Part shown: positions 47,071-62,811 of the stretch, piece by piece
How the letters are laid out: each line of letters starts with the position of its first letter
Numbering within the stretch: the first letter of the stretch is position 1
Source: an uncultured Curvibacter sp.
Lineage (GTDB): Bacteria > Pseudomonadota > Gammaproteobacteria > Burkholderiales > Burkholderiaceae_C
DNA length: 64,000 bases
Direction of reading: 5' to 3'
NCBI GenBank assembly: GCA_903828535.1
Contig: CAIKMN010000022.1
Span: forward strand, 46,854-110,853
Translations under genes and position numbers: made by a program
Notes under the pieces: model-generated
Told to the model about the DNA's origin: nothing
The model's input: the letters and a program-made list of their open reading frames with translations, nothing else
The model's database searches: none

Positions 47071-47526
47071 ATGAACGTCTACGAACAACTCCAATCCCTG
47101 AACATCAATTTGCCCGCTGTGGCGACGCCTGCGGCGGCCTACGTGCCCTTTGTGCGCAGTGGCAACTTGGTTTATTTGTCGGGCCACATTGCCAAAAAAG
47201 ACGGCGTGGTTTGGACGGGTCAATTGGGCAAAAACATCAGCACCGAAGAAGGTAAATTGGCTGCACGTGCCGTCGCCATTGACTTGCTGGGCACCTTGCA
47301 CGCGGCGGTCGGTGACTTGAATCAAATTAAGCGCATCGTCAAAGTGATGAGCTTGGTGAACTCAACAGCCGACTTCACCGAACAGCACTTGGTGACCAAT
47401 GGCTGCAGCGAGTTGTTGGGCCAGGTTTTTGGCGCCGCCGGCGCGCACGCCCGCAGCGCCTTTGGCGTGGCCCAAATCCCCATGGGCGCTTGCGTGGAGA
47501 TTGAGTTGATTGCAGAAGTGGCCTAA
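47071..47526 (+). CDS. RidA/YjgF family protein
   Basis: It resembles the YjgF/RidA family (GNLVYLSGHIA, ARSAFGVAQIPMGACVEIE). Confidence 0.86.
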   Translation: MNVYEQLQSLNINLPAVATPAAAYVPFVRSGNLVYLSGHIAKKDGVVWTGQLGKNISTEEGKLAARAVAIDLLGTLHAAVGDLNQIKRIVKVMSLVNSTADFTEQHLVTNGCSELLGQVFGAAGAHARSAFGVAQIPMGACVEIELIAEVA

Positions 47527-47561
47527 GGCCACCTTCCACCGCTTCAACGGACGTTTTATTT

Positions 47562-49877
47562 TTATTCCACGCGAATCAAGCGCTCGGGCTTGAAGCCCAA
47601 ATCAGCCAACTTGCCCTTGCGTCCCCTGGGCGCTCGGGCATTGTTGAGCGAACGAACTTCCAAGGTTTCATCGCGCGCTTTGCCGCCGCGGCCAGTGCCT
47701 TCAATGCGGACGCTGCGGGTGTAGGCGACCGCACCAGCAAGCCGGTCTTTGGCCTCCAAGTCGATCAACATCAGACCGCGTCCGCCTTTTTCTTGCAGCT
47801 TCAAATCAGAGAGTTCAAAGGTCAAGATGCGCCCCCCCAGAGAGGCGCAAGCCACGTGGGTGGCGCCTTGCGCCAGAGAAGGCGTGCACAAAGTCTCGCC
47901 CTCGGCCACGGTGACAAAAGACTTGCCGCTTTTGTTTCGCGAGACCATGTTCTCGACGGTCGCCAAAAATCCATAACCACCCGAACTCGACAAGAGCAAA
48001 GGCGTCGCCGCAGCGCCAGCAAAGTAATGCGCAGGCTGGGTGCCAGGCTCCAAGTCGATCAAGGTGGTGACCGGTTGACCATCGCCCCGTGCACCAGGCA
48101 AAGCGGCCACAGACACCGAGTAGACCCGGCCCCTGTTGCCGAACACCAACAGGGTGTCGACCGTGCGGCACTCGAAGGTGCCGTAAAGGCCGTCGCCGGC
48201 TTTGAAGGCAAAACTGGCGGCTTCATGCCCATGGCCATTGCGGGCCCGCACCCAGCCTTTTTCTGAGACCACCACCGTGACGGGTTCGTCGACAATTTTG
48301 ACTTCGGCCACCGCGCGTTTTTCTTCTTGAATCAAGGTGCGACGGGGGTCGGCAAATTGCTTGGCATCGGCTTCGATTTCTTTCACCATCAAACGCCGCA
48401 GACTATTGGGGTTGGCCAAAATGTCTTCGAGCTTGCCCTGCTCTTCAAACAATTCTTTCAGCTCTTGCTCGATCTTGATGGCTTCCAAACGCGCCAGTTG
48501 ACGCAATCGAATCTCAAGAATGTCTTCGGCCTGGCGGTCCGACAACTTGAAGCGCTCGATCAAGGCCGTCTTCGGCTCATCCGATTGGCGAATGATGGCG
48601 ATCACCTCATCGAGGTTGAGCAGCACGGTTTGCCGCCCTTCCAAAATGTGGATGCGGTCGCGCACCTTGTCCAAGCGGTGCTGGCTGCGGCGGGTGATGG
48701 TGGTTTGGCGGAACTCAATCCATTCGGCGAGCATTTGGCGCAAGGATTTTTGCGTGGGCCGACCGTCCAAACCGATCAGGGTCAAGTTGATTGGCGCGGA
48801 GGTCTCTAGGCTGGTGTGGGCCAGCAAGGTGGTGATCAGCTCCGTTTGGCTGATCTTGCTGGTTTTAGGCTCAATGACCAAGCGGACCGGCGCGTCTTTG
48901 CTGGACTCGTCGCGTACCGCGTCGACCACCGCCAACACGGTGGCTTTCAGCAGGTTTTGTTCGGAAGACAAGGCTTTTTTGCCGGCCTTGACTTTGGGGT
49001 TGGTGATTTCTTCCACCTCCTCCAAGACCTTTTGCGTGCTCACGCCGGGTGGCAGTTCGTGCACCACCAACTGCCATTGACCGCGCGCCAGTTCTTCAAT
49101 TTTCCAACGCGCCCGCACTTTGACCGAGCCACGGCCGGTTCGGTAAGCCTCGGCCAAGTCGTGCGCCGAGCTGATGATTTGACCGCCGCCAGGGTAGTCG
49201 GGGCCGGGCAAAAAGGCCGCCAAATCGGCGTCGCTGAGTTGCGGGCTTTTGATCAAGGCCACGCAGGCATCGGCCACTTCACGCAGGTTGTGGCTCGGTA
49301 TTTCAGTGGCCAAACCGACTGCAATGCCACTGGCACCGTTCAACAAAGAAAAGGGCAACCGCGCAGGCAAGCGTTGTGGCTCGGTGGTCGAGCCGTCGTA
49401 GTTGGGGCCAAAGTCGACCGTGCCTTGGTCAATCTCGTCCATCAACAAGCCGCTGATTTTGGCGAGGCGAACTTCGGTGTAGCGCATGGCGGCGGCGCCG
49501 TCACCGTCGCGGCTGCCAAAGTTGCCTTGACCGTCGACCAAGAGATAGCGCTGGCTGAAGTCTTGGGCCATGCGAACCATCGCGTCGTAAGCCGCTTGGT
49601 CGCCATGGGGGTGGAATCGCCCCAGCACGTCGCCCACCACCCGCGCGCTCTTGACAGGGCGCGCGGCGGTGTTGCCACTGAAGTCCAAGCCCATTCGGGA
49701 CATGGCATACAGAATGCGGCGTTGGACCGGCTTTTGGCCATCGCTGATGTCGGGCAATGCCCGGCCTTTGACGACGCTCAGGGCATATTCGAGATAAGCC
49801 TGCTGCGCGTAATCGGCCAGGCTCAGGCCGCCGTCGGCACCACCGGAGGCGAGTTCTAAAGTCACTTGTTCAGTCAT
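47562..49877 (-). CDS. parC: DNA topoisomerase IV subunit A
   Basis: It has the GyrA/ParC N-terminal domain with the active-site AAMRYTE. The ~771 aa length and pairing with parE favour ParC. Confidence 0.94.
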   Translation of the reverse strand: MTEQVTLELASGGADGGLSLADYAQQAYLEYALSVVKGRALPDISDGQKPVQRRILYAMSRMGLDFSGNTAARPVKSARVVGDVLGRFHPHGDQAAYDAMVRMAQDFSQRYLLVDGQGNFGSRDGDGAAAMRYTEVRLAKISGLLMDEIDQGTVDFGPNYDGSTTEPQRLPARLPFSLLNGASGIAVGLATEIPSHNLREVADACVALIKSPQLSDADLAAFLPGPDYPGGGQIISSAHDLAEAYRTGRGSVKVRARWKIEELARGQWQLVVHELPPGVSTQKVLEEVEEITNPKVKAGKKALSSEQNLLKATVLAVVDAVRDESSKDAPVRLVIEPKTSKISQTELITTLLAHTSLETSAPINLTLIGLDGRPTQKSLRQMLAEWIEFRQTTITRRSQHRLDKVRDRIHILEGRQTVLLNLDEVIAIIRQSDEPKTALIERFKLSDRQAEDILEIRLRQLARLEAIKIEQELKELFEEQGKLEDILANPNSLRRLMVKEIEADAKQFADPRRTLIQEEKRAVAEVKIVDEPVTVVVSEKGWVRARNGHGHEAASFAFKAGDGLYGTFECRTVDTLLVFGNRGRVYSVSVAALPGARGDGQPVTTLIDLEPGTQPAHYFAGAAATPLLLSSSGGYGFLATVENMVSRNKSGKSFVTVAEGETLCTPSLAQGATHVACASLGGRILTFELSDLKLQEKGGRGLMLIDLEAKDRLAGAVAYTRSVRIEGTGRGGKARDETLEVRSLNNARAPRGRKGKLADLGFKPERLIRVE

Positions 49878-49915
49878 AGAGATAGGGGCTTGTTCAAAAA
49901 ATCAGCGAGGCCAAC

Positions 49916-51898
49916 TTAAACGTCAATGTCCACGCTGTCGCCGTGCAATTCCATCAACTCACGCCGAGCAGCGGCCTCGCCTTTGCCCATCAGCTGGGTC
50001 ATCAAACCCACGGTTTGGGCAAAACCTTGCGCTCCGAGTTGCACCGGCAACAACCGACGGGTGTCGGGATTCAAAGTGGTGTCCCAGAGTTGCTCGGCGT
50101 TCATTTCACCCAAGCCTTTGAAGCGGCTGATGCTCCAGGCGTTTTCTTTTACGCCGTCCTTGCGCAGCTTGTCCAAAATAGCCTTCAGTTCGCCTTCATC
50201 CAAGGCGTAAAACTTGGCGGCAGGCTTTTTGCCGCGCGCCGGCGCGTCAATGCGGAACAAAGGCGGCCGGGCCACAAACACGTGCCCTGCTTCAATGAGC
50301 TTGGGGAAGTGGCGGAAAAACAAGGTCAACAACAGAACTTGGATGTGCGAGCCGTCGACATCGGCGTCGGACAAAATGCAGACCTTGCCGTAACGCAATC
50401 CCGACAAATCGGGGCTGTCGTCTGGACCGTGCGGATCGACGCCGATGGCCACTGCAATGTCGTGGATTTCGGTGTTGGCAAACAAGCGGTCGCGCTCGAC
50501 CTCCCAGGTGTTCAGCACCTTGCCACGCAAGGGCAAAATGGCCTGGCATTCTTTGTCGCGCCCCATTTTGGCGCTGCCGCCGGCCGAGTCGCCCTCGACC
50601 AAGAAAACCTCGTTGTGGGCGATGTCGCGGCTTTCACAGTCGGTCAATTTGCCCGGCAACACCGCCACGCCAGAGCCTTTGCGCTTTTCCACCTTCTGGC
50701 CTGCCCGTTGGCGGGTTTGGGCGGCCTTGATGGCGAGTTCGGCTAATTTCTTGCCGTATTCCACGTGTTCGTTGAGCCACAACTCCAAGGCGGGGCGAAC
50801 AAAACTTGACACCAATCGCACCGCGTCGCGGGAGTTCAAACGTTCTTTGATCTGGCCTTGAAACTGCGGGTCCAAAACCTTGGCCGACAACACATAGCTG
50901 GCGCGGGCAAACACATCTTCAGGCATCAGTTTGACGCCCTTGGGCAACAAGGAATGCAACTCAATGAAACTTTTGACGGCATTGAACAAGCCGTCGCGCA
51001 AGCCGCTGTCGTGCGTGCCACCGGCGCTGGTGGGGATCAGGTTCACATAGCTTTCTCGCACAGGCGCGCCGTCTTCGGTGAAGGCGACGGCCCAATCGGC
51101 CCCCTCGCCCTCGGCGAAGTCGCCGGCCCCGTCGGCAAAGCCTTGGCCTTCAAACATCGGAATCACCGGGTCAGCGGGCAAGGTTTGCATCAAGTAATCG
51201 CGCAAACCGCCTTTGTAGAGCCACGTTTGGCTGTCCTTGGTTTTTTCTACCACCAAGCTCACCGAAACGCCCGGCATCAAGACCGCTTTGGAACGCAGCA
51301 AATGCGTCAACTCGGCCATGGGTAAGGCAGCTGACTCAAAGTATTTGGCATCGGGCCAGACCCGAACTGTTGTGCCCTGCTTGCGGTCTTGCCCGGCTTG
51401 CGCAGCCCGCAGGGCCAAGGGCTCGACGACTTCTCCGCCGGCAAAGACCAAGCGGGCCACTTTGCCCTCTCTGTAGGAAGTGGCCTCTAAGCGTTTGCCC
51501 AAGGCGTTGGTGACGCTCACGCCCACGCCATGCAAACCACCTGAAAAGCTGTAGGCGCCGCCTTTGCCCTTGTCAAACTTGCCACCGGCGTGCAGCCGGG
51601 TGAACACCAATTCGATCACCGGCGCGTTTTCTTCAGGATGCAGCCCAAAAGGGATGCCGCGCCCATCGTCTTCGATGGTGACCGAGCCGTCGCTGTGCAA
51701 AATGACTTTAATCTTTTTGCCGTGCCCCGCCAGCGCTTCGTCGGCGGCGTTGTCCAGCACTTCTTGAATGATGTGCAGGGGGTTGTCGGTGCGGGTGTAC
51801 ATGCCCGGCCGCTGTTTAACGGGCTCGAGTCCCTTGAGGACACGGATAGAAGATTCAGAGTAAGCAGGAGCAGTCGAGGAAGAAGAATGGGTGGCCAT
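49916..51898 (-). CDS. parE: DNA topoisomerase IV subunit B
   Basis: It has motifs IRVLKGLEPVKQRPGMYT, GGLHGVG, EGDSAGG and PLRGKVLN. The start is placed at ATG 51898 (MATHSSS...). Confidence 0.94.
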   Translation of the reverse strand: MATHSSSSTAPAYSESSIRVLKGLEPVKQRPGMYTRTDNPLHIIQEVLDNAADEALAGHGKKIKVILHSDGSVTIEDDGRGIPFGLHPEENAPVIELVFTRLHAGGKFDKGKGGAYSFSGGLHGVGVSVTNALGKRLEATSYREGKVARLVFAGGEVVEPLALRAAQAGQDRKQGTTVRVWPDAKYFESAALPMAELTHLLRSKAVLMPGVSVSLVVEKTKDSQTWLYKGGLRDYLMQTLPADPVIPMFEGQGFADGAGDFAEGEGADWAVAFTEDGAPVRESYVNLIPTSAGGTHDSGLRDGLFNAVKSFIELHSLLPKGVKLMPEDVFARASYVLSAKVLDPQFQGQIKERLNSRDAVRLVSSFVRPALELWLNEHVEYGKKLAELAIKAAQTRQRAGQKVEKRKGSGVAVLPGKLTDCESRDIAHNEVFLVEGDSAGGSAKMGRDKECQAILPLRGKVLNTWEVERDRLFANTEIHDIAVAIGVDPHGPDDSPDLSGLRYGKVCILSDADVDGSHIQVLLLTLFFRHFPKLIEAGHVFVARPPLFRIDAPARGKKPAAKFYALDEGELKAILDKLRKDGVKENAWSISRFKGLGEMNAEQLWDTTLNPDTRRLLPVQLGAQGFAQTVGLMTQLMGKGEAAARRELMELHGDSVDIDV

Positions 51899-51923
51899 GG
51901 CGCGGATTGTAAGATTCAGCAAC

Positions 51924-52553
51924 ATGACCGATCCCCACCCTGCGCTTCGCGCGCTCTCGCCTTCCCGTTGGCTGGAACTTTGGGCGCACCTTCTGCCCCG
52001 GGATCCCGCAGAAGGCCGAATCTTGGATTTGGCCTGCGGCACTGGCCGACACACCCGTTATTTGCTGGCGCAAGGCCTGAACGTCACGGCCATTGACCGC
52101 GACCCCACGGCGCTGGCGTCGGTCAAGGCCTTGCGGACACCAGAAGAAACACAAGAAAGTGGTGGCGCTGCTCAGCAACTAGAGGTTTTGTCAGGCGACC
52201 TCGAAAACGGCCCCTGGCCGCTCCCTGGTCGGCTTTTTTTGGGGGCCGTGGTCACCAACTACCTGTGGCGCCCTCGCTTCCATGACCTGCTAGACAACTT
52301 GGCGCCCGGCGGTGTGCTGATTTATGAAACCTTTGCGGCGGGCAACGAAACCGTCGGCCGGCCCAGCAACCCCGACTTTCTGTTGCAAAACGGCGAATTG
52401 CTGCGTTTGTGCGAAGGCTTGCGCGTTGTGGCTTTCCAAGAGGTCTTTCTGGACGATCCCGAGCGCTATGTCCAGCGGATTGTGGCCGTCAAGAGGCCGT
52501 TGTCGTTAGAATGCTCCTCAACTTCAAATTACCGTTTTAGACTGCGGACATGA
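51924..52553 (+). CDS. class I SAM-dependent methyltransferase
   Basis: It has SAM motif [16 protein letters not shown]. The start is uncertain (GTG 51891, ATG 51897 or ATG 51924). An ATGA overlap links it to dapA. Confidence 0.72.
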   Translation: MTDPHPALRALSPSRWLELWAHLLPRDPAEGRILDLACGTGRHTRYLLAQGLNVTAIDRDPTALASVKALRTPEETQESGGAAQQLEVLSGDLENGPWPLPGRLFLGAVVTNYLWRPRFHDLLDNLAPGGVLIYETFAAGNETVGRPSNPDFLLQNGELLRLCEGLRVVAFQEVFLDDPERYVQRIVAVKRPLSLECSSTSNYRFRLRT

Positions 52554-53473
52554 CCACCCCCAACCCGCTGCTGACTGGCAGCATCGTGGCGCTTGCCACC
52601 CCCATGCACGAAGACGGCAGCGTGGATTACCCCGCCCTGCGCCGTTTGATTGACTGGCACATTGCCGAGGGCACCGACTGCATTGGCGTGGTGGGCACCA
52701 CCGGCGAATCGCCCACCGTCAATGTAGAAGAGCATTGCGAGATCATCCGCGTCTCCGTCGAACAAGCGGCCCAGCACGGCGAAAAACGCGTCCCCATCAT
52801 GGCGGGTTGTGGTGCGAATTCGACCGCCGAGGCCATAGAGCTGGCCCAGTTCGCCAAATCGGTCGGCGCAGATTCACAGTTGCAGGTGGTGCCTTATTAC
52901 AACAAGCCCACCCAAGAAGGCCAGTATCAACACTTCAAGGCGATCGCCGAGGCCACCGGCGACCTGCCCATTTTTCTGTACAACGTGCCTGGCCGCACCG
53001 TCGCCGATATGGCCCACGACACCGTCATGCTCTTGGCGCAAGTGGACGGCGTCGTCGGCATCAAAGAAGCCACCGGCAACATGGAACGCGCGCAATGGCT
53101 GATTCGTGGCATCCGTGATTTGGGTTTGCAACACCGCTTTGGCATCTACTCCGGCGATGACCCGACCGCGGTGGCTTTGATGCTGTGCGGTGGTCAGGGC
53201 AACATCAGCGTGACGGCGAACGTGGCCCCCAAATTGATGCATGAGTTGTGCGCTGCGGCCCTTCGCGGCGACGTTGAAACCGCCATGGCCATTCAGTTCA
53301 AGTTGATGCCTTTGCACAAAAACCTGTTTGTAGAGGCCAACCCCATCCCCGTCAAGTGGGCGATGACCCGCTTGGGCTTGTGTGGGGGTCACCTGCGCTT
53401 GCCCATGACCCCGCTGTCAGAGCCCTTGCACAGCGTCGTTGAAGCCGCCCTGAAAGCCTCGGGTCTGCTCTGA
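52550..53473 (+). CDS. dapA: 4-hydroxy-tetrahydrodipicolinate synthase
   Basis: It has motifs [18 protein letters not shown] and YNVPGRT, plus the Schiff-base Lys in GIKEATG. Confidence 0.95.
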   Translation: MTTPNPLLTGSIVALATPMHEDGSVDYPALRRLIDWHIAEGTDCIGVVGTTGESPTVNVEEHCEIIRVSVEQAAQHGEKRVPIMAGCGANSTAEAIELAQFAKSVGADSQLQVVPYYNKPTQEGQYQHFKAIAEATGDLPIFLYNVPGRTVADMAHDTVMLLAQVDGVVGIKEATGNMERAQWLIRGIRDLGLQHRFGIYSGDDPTAVALMLCGGQGNISVTANVAPKLMHELCAAALRGDVETAMAIQFKLMPLHKNLFVEANPIPVKWAMTRLGLCGGHLRLPMTPLSEPLHSVVEAALKASGLL

Positions 53474-53513
53474 CCCGCCCCATTCCTCCAAGGACTAATT
53501 AAGGACTGCCCTC

Positions 53514-54695
53514 GTGAATCTGACCCCCCTTCAAGTGCCTAGCACCGCCCGACTGAGTTGGGGTGCCGTTTTGGCTTTGAGCTTTTTGACTTCGGCTTGT
53601 ACCTACCTCGAAGGCGAGAAAGTCGATTACAAGAGCGCTTCCAGCCAATCTTCCGCCCCTTCATTGGTGGTGCCGCCTGATCTGGTGCAACTCTCCACCA
53701 CAGGCCGTTACGCCAACTCGACCTCCGTTTCTTTGGCCGACAGCGTGGCCACCCGTTCAGGCAAAGCCGAAACCGGTCAAAAAGCCAACGCCACCGTGGC
53801 GCTGAACCCCATCGGCGACACCAAGATCATTCGGGAAGGGGACCACCGCTGGTTGAAGGTCAACCGCCCACCCGAACAAATTTGGGACTCCGTTCACGCC
53901 TTTTGGCTGGACAACGGGTTTGTCTACACCCGTGACGACCGCCTCTTGGGTTTATTGGAAACCGACTGGGCCGAAAACCGTGCCAAAGTCCCGATGGACA
54001 TCATCCGCAGCACCTTGGGCTCGCTCCTGGATTCTTTGTATTCCACCGATGAGCGCGACCGTTTCATCACCCGAATTGAACGCGACGAAGACGGTCATTC
54101 GCTGATTTTTATCAGCCACCGCGGCATGCTCGAGGTATACAGCGACGGTCAGAAAAGCAGCACGACCTGGCAGCCCCGCCCGGTTGACCCCACATTGGAG
54201 GCTGAGTTTTTGGGCCGCCTGATGGTCAAACTGAACCCCGCTTTGGCGCCCAATGGCGCGTCAACAGCGGATGGCAAAAAAGCCAGCATCGACGGCGCCG
54301 CGATTGCGGGCGCGAACACCACCACCTTGCCCAGCAAGGCCAAGGTGGTTCAGGCCAACAACCTCAAGGTGCTTGAGTTGAGCGAGAGCTTTGACCGCGC
54401 TTGGCGTCGGGTGGGCTTGACTTTGGACCGCACCGGTTTCACCGTAGAAGACCGTGACCGAGCCAAAGGCATTTACTTTGTGCGCTACGTGCCGCCCGAC
54501 CCGAACCGCGCTGAACCCAACTTTTTCAGCAAGCTCTTTGGCGGTGAGAAATCTTTGGCCCCCATCAAATACCAAATGCAGCTGATAGGAGAGGCTGGCG
54601 TGACCCGTCTGACGGTCTTGAACTCAGACGGCAAACCCGACAACTCTAAAAACGTCGATGACATTCTGAATGTGCTGCAAGCCGACTTGAAATAA
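53514..54695 (+). CDS. bamC: outer membrane protein assembly factor BamC (NlpB-type lipoprotein)
   Basis: It has the lipobox LTSAC and the classic position after dapA. It is NlpB/DapX-like (RVGLTLDRTGFTVEDRDR). Confidence 0.8.
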   Translation: MNLTPLQVPSTARLSWGAVLALSFLTSACTYLEGEKVDYKSASSQSSAPSLVVPPDLVQLSTTGRYANSTSVSLADSVATRSGKAETGQKANATVALNPIGDTKIIREGDHRWLKVNRPPEQIWDSVHAFWLDNGFVYTRDDRLLGLLETDWAENRAKVPMDIIRSTLGSLLDSLYSTDERDRFITRIERDEDGHSLIFISHRGMLEVYSDGQKSSTTWQPRPVDPTLEAEFLGRLMVKLNPALAPNGASTADGKKASIDGAAIAGANTTTLPSKAKVVQANNLKVLELSESFDRAWRRVGLTLDRTGFTVEDRDRAKGIYFVRYVPPDPNRAEPNFFSKLFGGEKSLAPIKYQMQLIGEAGVTRLTVLNSDGKPDNSKNVDDILNVLQADLK

Positions 54696-54713
54696 ATCAA
54701 ATCTGGCAAGCCA

Positions 54714-54744
54714 ATAAAAAAGCCACCCGAGGGTGGCTTTTTTG
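54714..54744. terminator. bidirectional Rho-independent terminator
   Basis: The sequence AAAAAAGCCACC-CGAG-GGTGGCTTTTTT lies between convergent bamC and the small lipoprotein gene. Confidence 0.78.
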
Positions 54745-54759
54745 TTGGGAAAAGAAAGC

Positions 54760-54960
54760 TTATTTCTTTTCAGCAGCTGCGGGTTCAGCAGCAGGAGCGG
54801 CAGCAGGTGCAGCAGCAGCAGGAGCGGCAGCAGGTTCAGCGGCAGGAGCAGGCGCAGCAGCTGGTGCTGGAGCAGGTGCAGGAGCGGCTTCTTCTTTTTT
54901 ACCGCAGGCAGCCAAAGCAGCAGCAGCGATCACGGCGGCCAAAACGAGCGACTTGTTCAT
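54760..54960 (-). CDS. small Ala/Pro-rich lipoprotein
   Basis: It begins MNKSLVLAAVIAAAALAAC (lipobox) and then has an (A/P/E)-rich repeat tail. ATG 54960 has an AAGGAA SD. Confidence 0.6.
   Translation of the reverse strand: MNKSLVLAAVIAAAALAACGKKEEAAPAPAPAPAAAPAPAAEPAAAPAAAAPAAAPAAEPAAAEKK
54771..54898 (-). repeat. GC-rich triplet-repeat tract (GCAGCAGG/GCGGCAGC-like) encoding poly-Ala/Pro
   Basis: Read directly from the sequence within the small lipoprotein gene. Confidence 0.6.
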
Positions 54961-55127
54961 TTGAATTTCCTTAAGAGATGTTGACAAAATAAAAAATTAG
55001 TGAGCCCTTAGGACAAACCGAGGACCCCGTGATAAGCACCTAAGCTAGGCAAAATACCTACGCAAAACTACTCAGAAGCTAATTATAGGCACAAATCAAA
55101 ATTCAATAAAAAAGTGACCTGGTGATC

Positions 55128-56270
55128 TCAATCCACCCTCGGTCGTAACCAGCCTGAATCACACCACTCCAGCACCAGTTCCTTTGCCAACGGACTCAAA
55201 GCATTGATTTCTTGGGCTTTCAAATGCCGAACATCAGCCAATTGGCGCATCAGCTTGGCGTCTTTTCCCCCCGCCCGAAAGCCTTCGCCGTTGATAAAGA
55301 AATAACGGGCGTCATAAAGGGCTTTGGTGCGCCTATCCAACACCACGCCACCTTCTACGTCCGCCCATTCCGGGGCCTGCTGAGGCGCATCAAACCAGAC
55401 GCGCGGCTTGGGCTCGGTGAGCCATTCGCCCAATGCCAGGGCCAAAGCCTTTGGGTCTGACAACCAAGCTGAAGTTACCTTTGATGCAAAGTTTTGCAAA
55501 CCTGCCGGAACGCCTGCAGGATGACTCAACGCTTCTTGCTTGGGGTCGCTGTAAAGCGCCGCGTTTTCTTCGCTTTCTGCTTGTTCTGCCAAACGCTGCA
55601 ACAAGCCGTGTGCCAACTCACTTGCCTTGGGGGCCCGAAAACCAATGGAATACGTCATGCATTCGCCGCGGGCGAAGCCGTCGTGGGCATAACGGGGGGG
55701 CAAGTAAAGCAGGTCGCCGGGCGCCAGCAAAAAGGTTTGCTCGGGCTCAAAATGGGCCAGGACTTTGAGTGGCGTGTCGTCTCGCAATGTGAGGTCCTTT
55801 TGCTGGCCAATGCGCCACTCGCGGGTGCCGTGGGCTTGCAAAAGAAAAACGTCGTAGCTGTCAAAGTGTGGGCCCACGCCGCCGCCGTCGGTGGCGAAGC
55901 TGATCATCAAGTCGTCCAAACGAGCGGCTGGCAAAAAACGAAACGCTTGCAAAAGTTCGTGGGCAGCGTCCAGATGCAAGTCGACACCTTGCACCAAAAG
56001 CGTCCAATCCGGGGTTTTAAAGGTCGGCAATTGGCGTCGCTCGAATGGGCCCGAGCGCACTTGCCAGCCCGCATCGCCCTTCATTTTTTTCACCAATCGC
56101 GACTCAACGTCTTCTTGTTCGGCCAACGCCAACAGGTCGGTGCGAGACAACAAGGTTTGAAACTGGGGAATCGCTTGGCGCACCAGCAGGGGCTTTTTTT
56201 GCCAATGCTGTTTCATGAATTGCGCGGGGCTGAGGCCCCCTAAAAGGGGCAAGGCTTGTTGGATGTCCAT
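55128..56270 (-). CDS. cupin/JmjC-domain ribosomal oxygenase-like protein (RoxA/YcfD-like)
   Basis: It has HFDSYDVFLLQAHGTREWRIG and a YAHDG-type Fe(II)/2OG facial triad context. It is ~380 aa. Confidence 0.78.
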   Translation of the reverse strand: MDIQQALPLLGGLSPAQFMKQHWQKKPLLVRQAIPQFQTLLSRTDLLALAEQEDVESRLVKKMKGDAGWQVRSGPFERRQLPTFKTPDWTLLVQGVDLHLDAAHELLQAFRFLPAARLDDLMISFATDGGGVGPHFDSYDVFLLQAHGTREWRIGQQKDLTLRDDTPLKVLAHFEPEQTFLLAPGDLLYLPPRYAHDGFARGECMTYSIGFRAPKASELAHGLLQRLAEQAESEENAALYSDPKQEALSHPAGVPAGLQNFASKVTSAWLSDPKALALALGEWLTEPKPRVWFDAPQQAPEWADVEGGVVLDRRTKALYDARYFFINGEGFRAGGKDAKLMRQLADVRHLKAQEINALSPLAKELVLEWCDSGWLRPRVD

Positions 56271-56328
56271 CTTTTTTTCAGGTTAAAGGGTCTAAAAGTC
56301 GGCTTTGAAACTGCGACAATTCTCGCCC

Positions 56329-56829
56329 ATGGACATCAACAATCAATGCGTGGTCGGCCTGACATGGGTTTTGACCGATACCTTGGGCGAAGAACTCGAC
56401 GTGCTGGAAGCGCCCGTTGATTTCTTGGTGGGCGGAGACGACCTGCTCAAAATCATCGAAGAGCAGCTGCAAGGCCGCGGCCCTGGGGCCAAACTTCAAA
56501 TGCAAATTGAACCTGAGCAGGGCTTTGGCGATTACAACGACCAACTCATTTTCTTGGAACCTCGATCGCTGTTCCCAGCCGAACTGGAAGAAGGCATGAC
56601 CTTTGACGGCCATGCTTTGCCGGCCGGCGTGAATCCTGATGCCCCGAAGGACGCGCTTTACACCGTGGCTGAAATTTACCCCGAACACGTGGTGCTGGAC
56701 GGCAACCACCCGCTGGCTGGCATTGCCCTGCGGCTCACATTGAAGGTGGCGTCGGTGCGCGAGGCCACCTTGGAAGAGGTCGCAGCAGGCACTGCAGGCA
56801 CGGGCTTTTTCAAAATTCAAAGCGCTTGA
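56329..56829 (+). CDS. FKBP-type peptidyl-prolyl cis-trans isomerase (SlyD/FkpB-like)
   Basis: It has an FKBP core with an insert-in-flap layout (VVGLTWVLTD..., GFGDYNDQL, DGNHPLAG). The start is uncertain (TTG 56305 or ATG 56329). Confidence 0.78.
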   Translation: MDINNQCVVGLTWVLTDTLGEELDVLEAPVDFLVGGDDLLKIIEEQLQGRGPGAKLQMQIEPEQGFGDYNDQLIFLEPRSLFPAELEEGMTFDGHALPAGVNPDAPKDALYTVAEIYPEHVVLDGNHPLAGIALRLTLKVASVREATLEEVAAGTAGTGFFKIQSA

Positions 56830-56834
56830 AACCC

Positions 56835-57313
56835 ATGAACCCCGAAATTGAAATCAAAATCTTGGACGAACGACTCCACACTTGGGGTCTGCCGAACTAC
56901 CAAACGGCTTTGGCGGCCGCCATCGACTTGTTCGCTTGCCTAGATGCCCCCTTAGAAATTGCACCACAAGCCCCGGCTGTGTTGGTGCCCACGGGCTTTG
57001 CCATGCACATGAACTCGGCCGAGTTGTGCGCGGTGATCCTGCCCCGTTCGGGTTTGGGCCATAAAAAAGGCCTGGTGCTGGGCAACAGCGCTGGCTTGAT
57101 CGACGCCGACTACACCGCGCAATGTTTCATCAGCGTTTGGAACCGCAACCCAGCCGGTTCGGGCGAAGCCATTGTCATCAACCCCGGCGAGCGCATCGCG
57201 CAAATGTTGTTCTTGCCGGTGGTTCGTCCTCGGTTTCAAGTGGTGAGCGCTTTCAGCACCAGCAGCGAACGCGGTGAAGGCGGCTTCGGCTCCACGGGTG
57301 TGGCGTCAAAGTC

Positions 57314-57317
<4 letters not shown>
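56835..57317 (+). CDS. dut: dUTP diphosphatase
   Basis: It has motifs IKILDERL, RSGLGHKKG, GLIDADY and ERGEGGFGSTG. Confidence 0.92.
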
Positions 57318-61182
<3,865 letters not shown>

Positions 61183-61188
61183 CTTTGA

Positions 61189-62493
<1,305 letters not shown>

Positions 62494-62514
62494 ATTTGCG
62501 TTAATCTTTGGGGC

Positions 62515-62799
62515 ATGCTGAATACCACCGCGGGTCGACTGACGTTGCTGCTGCTGGTCCTGTTGGGCCTGCTGCAGGCTCAGCTTTGGTTTGGCCGTGG
62601 CAGCATTCCCAACGTGGCGTCTTTGCAGCGAAAAATCGAACTGCAAAAAGCCCAAAACGCCGAAGCCTTGCGTGAAAACACCCGCTTGGTGTCTGAAGTC
62701 ACTGACCTCAAAGAAGGCCTGGACCGTGTCGAGCAGCGGGCCCGACTGGAGCTGGGCATGGTCAAGCCCAACGAAATTTTTGTGCAGCTGACGCGCTGA
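62515..62799 (+). CDS. ftsB: cell division protein FtsB
   Basis: It is a small protein with one TM segment and a coiled coil. It has the C-terminus ARLELGMVKPNEIF and lies after eno. Confidence 0.85.
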   Translation: MLNTTAGRLTLLLLVLLGLLQAQLWFGRGSIPNVASLQRKIELQKAQNAEALRENTRLVSEVTDLKEGLDRVEQRARLELGMVKPNEIFVQLTR

Positions 62800-62811
62800 G
62801 GACTTTTCCGT

